A stretch of 44,031 nucleotides of DNA from Patellaria atrata CBS 101060 (lineage: Eukaryota). Positions 36,607 through 44,031 of the stretch are shown here, piece by piece (positions within the stretch are counted from its first letter, which is position 1; each line of letters starts with the position of its first letter). The stretch is from positions 1,614,455 through 1,658,485 of the forward strand of contig MU006089.1 of assembly GCA_010093705.1 (NCBI GenBank), in the 5' to 3' direction. The position numbers and the translations under genes are program-made. The notes beneath the pieces were generated by a model. The model was given only the letters and a program-made list of their open reading frames with translations, was not told where the DNA came from and did not search any database.

Positions 36607-36629
36607 GTAGTAGTAGTAGTAGTAGTAGT
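36607..36629. repeat. (GTA)7 microsatellite
   Basis: Perfect GTAGTAGTAGTAGTAGTAGTAGT downstream of the THOC1 stop. Confidence 0.9.
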
Positions 36630-39600
36630 GGCAAGATGCAGCAGCAGGAACAGGACATCTTGCAGCGAACTAATAATGACTCGATTGAAAAACCGTTTAT
36701 TCACATAGTGTAAGATCGGGGGAGACTTTTTTGATGTTCTGCATAGCCCTACGAAAAGAGCTCTGCAAATCGGCTCCTTCGTTGCAAATCTTCCGCCAGT
36801 GGATGTTTCGTGTATTGTACAAAGTACTTATTACCTTGAACAGCTGTACTGTACTGTACTGTATACGCAAGAGAGATGAGAAGGGGAGTGAGCAGCACCG
36901 GTGGCGCCCCCGGCCCGCAGTCCAAAATTCTTCCATCATTTTCTGCCGTACCATACAACAGGCACCAACAACACCAAAAGTCAGCAGGCTGTCACAGTAA
37001 CCTGTGTGCCTGTGTGCTACGCTCTGTAACGTCTCGCTTCTCTTGACAGCAACCTAAAGTCTTCCCCAGCAGACCAGCTATGGCGCTTGCTAAGGGACAG
37101 GCTGCAGGTGGTAGATCGTTAGAACTTCCGCGTTCAGCTGTCCTGCCTCTGTGCCCAACCAACGACCAACGAAAGCCAACAATTCCCAATGAAGATGGCC
37201 GCATCCGTTGCATGGTGAACAAGGTCTGCTCACGCTCTGATTGCCGGCAGAACTCAGAGGAAAGATCAGACCCCAAGGAGATCCAAGGTAACCTTAACCC
37301 GTCCAAGCCTTTGAACCCGCAACCAAATTCAGCCTGTCTGGCTAACTATCCAATTGTCTTTGTCACGAAACATCAGAAAGAAGAAAGGTAATAATCAAAA
37401 GTTACCCAACGGTTGAGTTCGTACGCTCGAAGAGTCTTGTTCATGCTTACCTTTACAATCCTAGTACAGTACAGCCAACGCATCCCGTCCACTCAGCTCT
37501 CAAAACGAGTTAAAAGACTTGATAAAATACGGTTCTAAGGTACGTGTGGTACAGTACAATAGAACTAACAGCAAGTCCCAAGTACACTTAACTGTGCCTG
37601 GCGAAACCTAGTTATATCAGTCAGTAATAATTTCCGCGTCAGAGAGCGTCACCCTTCATTTCCTGCAGCTCCAACGCTCGCGAGGCTCTCCATGTTTTCG
37701 GCGGACATGCGAGGCAGCGGATGCCTATATCACGAGCGTTATACGCTCAATAGTCTTCGCCAAGATGAAAGACCTGAAAGGTTTCACGGGCAAAGGTTTT
37801 TTTTTCAAGCGGAGCGAAACAACCAGCGTCTCTTGATTCTCCATCTTTGACGCATTTCGCATTTTCCGTTATTCGAAGGGATCCGAACTTGAATCACAAG
37901 TTAGGAAATTCAATCTATAACTATTTCCTTTTTGGTCTTACTCGCGTTTACAGCATAAATTTCCTTAAGTTTTACCGCGTATGCAAAAGATCACCCCCCC
38001 CCCGTCTCAACGCTCTCCGATCCGGCTCTTGCACACTCGCTTTCTGAGTGTTTCGGAGCTCTTGCGTGCCTCCATTCCCAGCTGCTGATCATTTCGATAA
38101 TGTCCATCAAAAACGCCCAGGGCAGGGGATTGCATACAGCCATCTGCAGCGATCATGACGAGTAGCAGATCGCCCCTGCAGCAAGGTTCAGTGGAAATTG
38201 CATCCGTCTGAATTCAGGATTCCCGCTGTGCTCCACGATGAGTTTCCCGCATTTTATTTCGCGGACTGTGAGCATCTGGCATGGACTGGTGCGTGGACTG
38301 GAAAGCACACTGCCAATCTGGCACGTCTGGCAGCCAAAAGATGCACTTACTGGCAAGTGTTAGCAGCATACGGGCACCCAGCACGCTTAGCTTTTTGGAC
38401 CCCTGAACGGCGTATAAAGCGCCGATCCTGGATGTGCCAGATATGGTCACGTTCCTTGCCTCTGACAAGTTAGCCTACAATTCGACTTGCTTCTTCTTCG
38501 CGAACGTCGAGAGTCTTCCAGAAGGGTACATTTTGCCGGAGCGGGCCGAAGACCATTCACCGTTGGATCTTGATCGCTTTTGACACTAGATCTGTAGGCA
38601 CAGAGAGGCTACCGTGATAACCGTCCTAGCGTTGCGGACGTTTTTGCAGGCAAGAATAACCTGCCGCCAAACCGCTGAGTCGCTGACTACCATGAACGAT
38701 TTGTGCATACACTTCAAAGCTCTAGTCTAGGGTTCGAAAAAAGAATCCTTGCGCAAAATCGCATGAGGTCTCTCTTATTGACTTTCTGCTGGTCTGTCTA
38801 CGAATGCGAGTAACCCCCCCTGGGTTCACGATATCTCCTGCTCTGGTAGCATGTGGCGTCCGCCACTGAAACCCACCTCCTCTAATGGTGGGTGTAGAGA
38901 TGGAATCCGACGCTCAGGCCTTAGCCGTTACGGTTCTTACGAAACACCTATTCCACAGGTACAGGATTAATGTCCAGACTCTCCTTAAAGTGGCCAGGCG
39001 GGGGATGACAGGAACAGCGGAAAAGCAGGATGATCACTTGGCAAGCAAGCCGGAAGAAAAGTGCGAAAGTGTCATGTCCAACGCACCTTTTTCACCACCC
39101 CGCAACAAGCGTTGCCGAGTCTTGACTTTCTTTCAAACATGGGAAGACCTTGTGAACCCTGTTGCTTGCTTGCCGGTCGAAAAGCTCAAGGGCTCAAGGA
39201 GTAGTCAAGGGCTGTTGTGGGTTACTTGGTGGGCTGTTGTGGAGGCGCCAATAACAGTTGACATGCATCAACGCTCTTCCTGTCCTGAGCGCCACAGATC
39301 AGGCAGAGCTACTTGGACAACTTGGTCCTCACTTTGCTTCCTTTCCTTTGGTCCTCTTGTTTTCCACGCTAGCTCTATTCTAGGATCAATCACGCTTTAG
39401 TCCCTTATGCTTCTTCGCGAACGGCGACCACACCCAAAGCTTCAACGCCATCTGTGATTCGCCCCTCTTGCATATCCGCTCCCTACAGTCCACCTTGGTC
39501 CCCTCTTGGATGCCGTCCCGAGGTACCGCACCCTTGTGTCTATCTACCACTTTGGCCTCTGCCAACGTGGAGAGATTGAAAGAATCAGTCGCGCCCTGGT

Positions 39601-40422
39601 GTAGTGTAACGAGTCTATCCTGACCCTCTATGAACAGGGCAGTCATGGCATTCTCTGAGATGGAGTGAAGCATGTTCATCGGTCCCACCCACGGCGTCTA
39701 AACGTCGTCCCTCTCGATTTATCCGGATCTACGAATTTATAGTACTGTCAAGCCTCCGATGTATGAACGATCTGTCCTTGTATACCCTTCTCGTTAACGC
39801 TGAAGATTCCTCCGCGCAGTTCCCCGGGTGCCCTGGCGCATGGCCCTGGCGTCATTAGTAGACTATTTGCGATTGACATATCTGAGAGACTAAACCCACT
39901 GCTTTTGAAATCTTGTTGTCGACCAGCAGCACACCAACTCCTTTGCTGTCGAACTACCTTTCAGGAACCGATACTTATCTATCAAAGGACGATTTGCGCT
40001 CGAAGCCTCTCAAACAGAAGCCTCGGTTCAGATTACCTTCACCTCCCCCACAGCTTCCAGACAGAGCAAATCCTCCGACGCTCTAAATTCTATTTGAACT
40101 ACCTGCCGTGCTCGCAAGCATACGCAGCTACTACAAGATACCTTAGGGTGCAGATCATAGGCCGTATCAACACCACCAGTAACAAGCCGCAAGACGTCTT
40201 TTGACCTCGACTTACAAACCACCCGAAGACTTGTACTTCAGACTTAAACTTAGGGATCACTCTTTCATTCCTGAATCTTTAGGTTGAGGCTGAACAGTGT
40301 CTTCGCCACTAGTGTTGTGGATGCTTTGACCAACAACCAACTTACGTACATACACCTCGATACATTTCAGGCAGCGTACATCAGCGGGCGTATAGGTTTA
40401 CGACTGGAACTTGAAGCATTAT

Positions 40423-40477
40423 GTATGTACTTCTCCGTAATGAATTTACTCTCAAGTATTAACCGCATTGTTCATAG
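40423..40477 (+). other. Probable 5'-UTR intron of the homeobox gene
   Basis: GTATGT donor, ATTAAC branch-like site and CATAG acceptor; 55 nt, matching the intron sizes in this window; ends 60 nt before the ATG. Confidence 0.5.
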
Positions 40478-40536
40478 AATAGTGCTTTCTCATTGCTTCG
40501 GATACATCTTCTGCACCGTTCTTCGGGTTTTCGCCA

Positions 40537-42396
40537 ATGGTTGACGGTAACCTCTTCATTCCGCTTTCTCCGCCTTGCTCTCCTCGAATGTCTGGTTACA
40601 GTGCGATCACTGCAGAATCAGATTGGCAGAATCAACAGAATAAGTCTCTGGAATCTGGTGCTACGTCCGATAACGATATGGCCTTGGTTCATGCCGCTAC
40701 CATTACCAATCTTCCACTTGATCTGGATAGACGTCCGTCCCTACGTACTCATAAAAGCTTCCCCTATCCGCTTAAACCCACCCACTCCTTCCATCAACAT
40801 ACTAATTCGCTGAACGGCGATACCAAGCCCACGGCACCGCAACGGGAGCGAATTACCATTAGCAACCTCGAAGAGGTCGATAGCAACGAGTTACCTACCG
40901 TTACTTTTGGGGGATCCGCACCTGCTAGTCCTATTTCTAGGTTAACTCCACCCTCACCAAACGGTGCGATCGGCGAGGGTTTGGGTGAAAATCAGGAGAT
41001 GAACGATTTAGACTTCGACACAGGTGACAACAACGAGGAAGAGATATCCTCGGAACAGAAGCAGCCAGTTTCAGCCGCAGAACTTCGTGCTCAGAAGAGA
41101 AAGATGAAGAGATTCAGGTGGGTTTCATGCCTTGGACCTCCAAAGAAACAGGAAACTAACAACGTCTAGGCTCACACATAATCAGACTCGATTCCTCATG
41201 AGTGAGTTTGCAAGACAAGCTCATCCTGACGCGGCTCACCGTGAGCGTCTTGCACGAGAAATCCCTGGTCTTAGCCCACGTCAAGTGCAAGTGTGGTTCC
41301 AGAACAGGTCAGTGGGATCTACTAAACAACTACATTTTCTTATTATGTATATTAACAAATTCATAGGAGGGCTAAGCTAAAGCGCCTAACAAGCGATGAC
41401 CGCGAGAGAATGATGAGATCAAGAGCGCTACCCGAAGACTTTGATATGGCTCAAGCGTTACATTCTCCTTTTGGTGCACCACACGGTGTAGGAACTCCAC
41501 TGGGCTCGCCAGCAGGTTATAACCCTGGATTTCCCGAGGGAAATATGATGCGTCCTCTCAGTATCGACACACTACGACGGCTCCCAGAGGGTGCTCACAT
41601 GTCACCGACCGGTATTAGTCCAGCTTTTGGAGGATTCACCTTCACTCCACCTCAGTCAGCCACAGAAGGGTTGTCCCCCGTATCTCCTACAGGAGAGGGC
41701 TCTCCATTCAATTATCCGGGACCGATGGACCAAAACCGAAGAGGGAATCCATTCGTAGGTTCACCAAACGGTTTCACGTCGCACCCACAAATTCCTCGTC
41801 TCCAGATTCATGATCGTGTTGTACGAACCAGAGCTGAGTCTCTCTCTTCACCGCTAAGAACAAGCATGTCATATGGAAACGATGCCAATGTCAACGGGCA
41901 AAACGGCCATTCATTGCATGCCCTTGATGACGGCCAGAGGGGCATGAACAATTCCGTTATGCCGTACGGAATTGGTTATTCTTGTGAGTCAAATACTTTG
42001 AGCTACTGGACAGATCTTGGTTTCTAACTATCGATAGACTCGCAAATCCCTGGCTTTCAAGCAGCATCCGCCACACGCATGCGTTCGTTCTCAAGCGGTG
42101 TACCTCGCAGGATAGAGCTCAGCACTCACTACCAACCGAATCGTAATAACACAACTCCACAAACCGCCAACTTCCCTAATTATCAACATTCGCCCCTTTC
42201 GTCACCGCAAGATTATCATATCCCGCATATGAGCGCTCCGCATCACATCACCACTTTCCAGAACTCCTGGCGCCAAGATGTCGGTCATCAGGATGGCTAT
42301 CAACCGGTCGGCACGGTCATCGGCGAAGTCATCGAGGGATCAAGTCCCGATCATGAAGACAATGAGAACGGCGTTCAAATGCAAAATCAATATTAA
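40537..42396 (+). CDS. Homeodomain transcription factor; exons 40537-41117, 41170-41307, 41367-41983, 42038-42396
   Basis: Spliced homeodomain KRKMKRFRLTHNQTRFLMSEFARQAHPDAAHRERLAREIPGLSPRQVQVWFQNRRAKLKR with S/P-rich flanks. Three GT-AG introns. The start could instead be the downstream Met (MSGYS). Confidence 0.93.
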
Positions 42397-44031
42397 AACA
42401 TAGGTCGAGCCTTTTATTTTTACAAAAAGGGAAGGGGGCATAGGTCAGGGGCATCACCGGTGCAGGGGGGTTATTTGTTCTTTTTATGTGTCACGTGGAA
42501 ATGAAATACGAATGGGACTCTCAAGAAAGATGATTTTGAAGACGATGGATCTTTCTGGTTTTGTATTTTCTGTAATTTTTCTTGTTCCGCTGCTGCGAAT
42601 TTTGATGTATCTTTTTGCACAACATATTGGGTGGATGTTTGAATGTCTTTATCATCATCGCAACGCTACGCATTTATTGGATTGGTATGAGACACACGTT
42701 GGAGTTTTCACACCTGATCTTTGGATTTTTTTTTTTCAACAGTTTAAATACGAGATATGTCTATATCTATGCACATGGACAGTACAGTAAACGAAATGTG
42801 TTGGATCACGTTTTATTCTCTTTTACATTTCGGTGTCTTTTTTTTTTAACTACAGCATCTGATATACCCCCCAACTTCTTGTATGTACGTTACATTATCT
42901 AGTTTCACACTACCACTTTTCCAATATGAGAAGTGTTTCTCGAGAGATACAGTATTATCGATTGCTTTGGGACCACGATGGGGTGATGTGTGACCGGATA
43001 CGGCAAACGTCCTCCTTACCCTGGTTCCGAGAACGGCGATTGGTTTTAGCCTCCATTGGGGGGCCTTTTCTGTGCTCGCTAGGGAATAGGGATTTAATTT
43101 GGTTGATCGACGCTTACTTTGGACGGGCGTGCGTTTCGTTTGTTACGAAGATGACAATTGATGGTGTATGTGCGATGATGTGTGTGCTATACAGTAGAGC
43201 TCCGTTTTTGCTCGTTAGGAGATCGATTTGGCAAAGGAAGCGTTCATCAGGCAGATCTGGAAGAGTGAGGATCTACTCATCTTCCACCTGCCATGACCAC
43301 CACCGAGTCTCGGAGTGGCAGCAGACGGCGATTTTGATGGCTGATGCGATGAGGGAAAAAAAAAAAAATTAAAATTCTCCTACCGTGATCCGGTGGGCCT
43401 GTATCATCGTGCGTATACGGGTGGCGAGGGGGAGGGGGGGGGGATATCTGGGCGTAGGTGGGTATGTAGGGAGGTTGTCAGGGGATTTACGGAGGCAAAA
43501 TGGTGGGATTTGAGCATCTGTCATGGAAGGGAGGCGTATTGTGCAGAGAGCAGAGAGCTGAGACGAAGAGAAATGATGGTGAGATACAGATACAGACGCA
43601 GGACAGAAGAGAGAGAAAACCATACCCAAAGCCCACCCCGCCCCCCTCCCTCACACTCTCTCCCTCAGGTACGCATCTAACTCACTTCCCCCTCCCCTTT
43701 TTTCCCCCCTCGACCTCCCCGTAGAGACTCAGAACCACGTGAACCGCACAAAAAGACAAACCTGACGCAGAGACCCACCTCAACTACCTACAGTAGATCC
43801 AGGCACCACCGTGCACCTGCAGCAGAAGGTAAGGTAGGTAGAGTAGTGGCGCGATCCCTCCCCCGGATTTTCGAGAGAGCAGTTCCACCGGCCCGCGTGC
43901 CATATACACGATCTCTCTCGCCCCTGGTTCCGAGGAGGGGGGGTCAGAGCTTGATGCGAGGTTCTGGTGTGCTTGTTTTTCCTTTCCGTGCTGAGATTTT
44001 TGGAGTTTTTCCTTGGTTTGAGGTCGGTGCG

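Noticed and set aside
38885..39400. 171-aa ATG ORF in the long intergenic region
   Set aside because: No recognisable domain or coding-like composition; not supportable without homology or expression data.
69..43724. Numerous 60-150 aa ORFs antisense or out of frame to the main genes
   Set aside because: They are shadows of real coding sequence or start at non-ATG codons, with no independent motifs.
1..44031. CRISPR arrays, rRNA genes or bacterial/phage systems
   Set aside because: The sequence is spliceosomal-intron-containing fungal DNA; no repeat-spacer array or rRNA motifs were seen.

Overview
Intron-rich filamentous ascomycete (Pezizomycotina) genomic DNA. The left 18.5 kb is a hydroxamate siderophore cluster: a ferrichrome/ferricrocin-type NRPS (minus strand, running off the left edge after three A-T-C modules), a divergently transcribed full-length ABCB/MDR transporter and an L-ornithine N5-monooxygenase (sidA), with GATA/SreA-type iron-repression motifs in the intergenic DNA. 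The 18.5-23.9 kb interval is an accessory patch. It holds a solo LTR with a 5-bp TSD and an internal transition-diverged tandem duplication, a tRNA-derived Pol III-like unit with an unusual non-cloverleaf fold, and a 5'-truncated RNase H-bearing LINE with poly(A) and a 12-bp TSD sitting on what looks like an intron donor. The right half carries housekeeping genes (importin-7/Nmd5, Ski2, Csm3/Swi3, THOC1/Hpr1) and a homeodomain transcription factor preceded by about 4 kb of non-coding DNA. The two most interesting unexplained signals are candidate non-coding RNAs: a densely structured segment between the ABC gene and sidA with telomerase-RNA CR4/5-like features but no canonical template, and the Pol III-like unit at about 20.9 kb. 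All splice models and helices were derived by eye; no database searches or folding computations were run.
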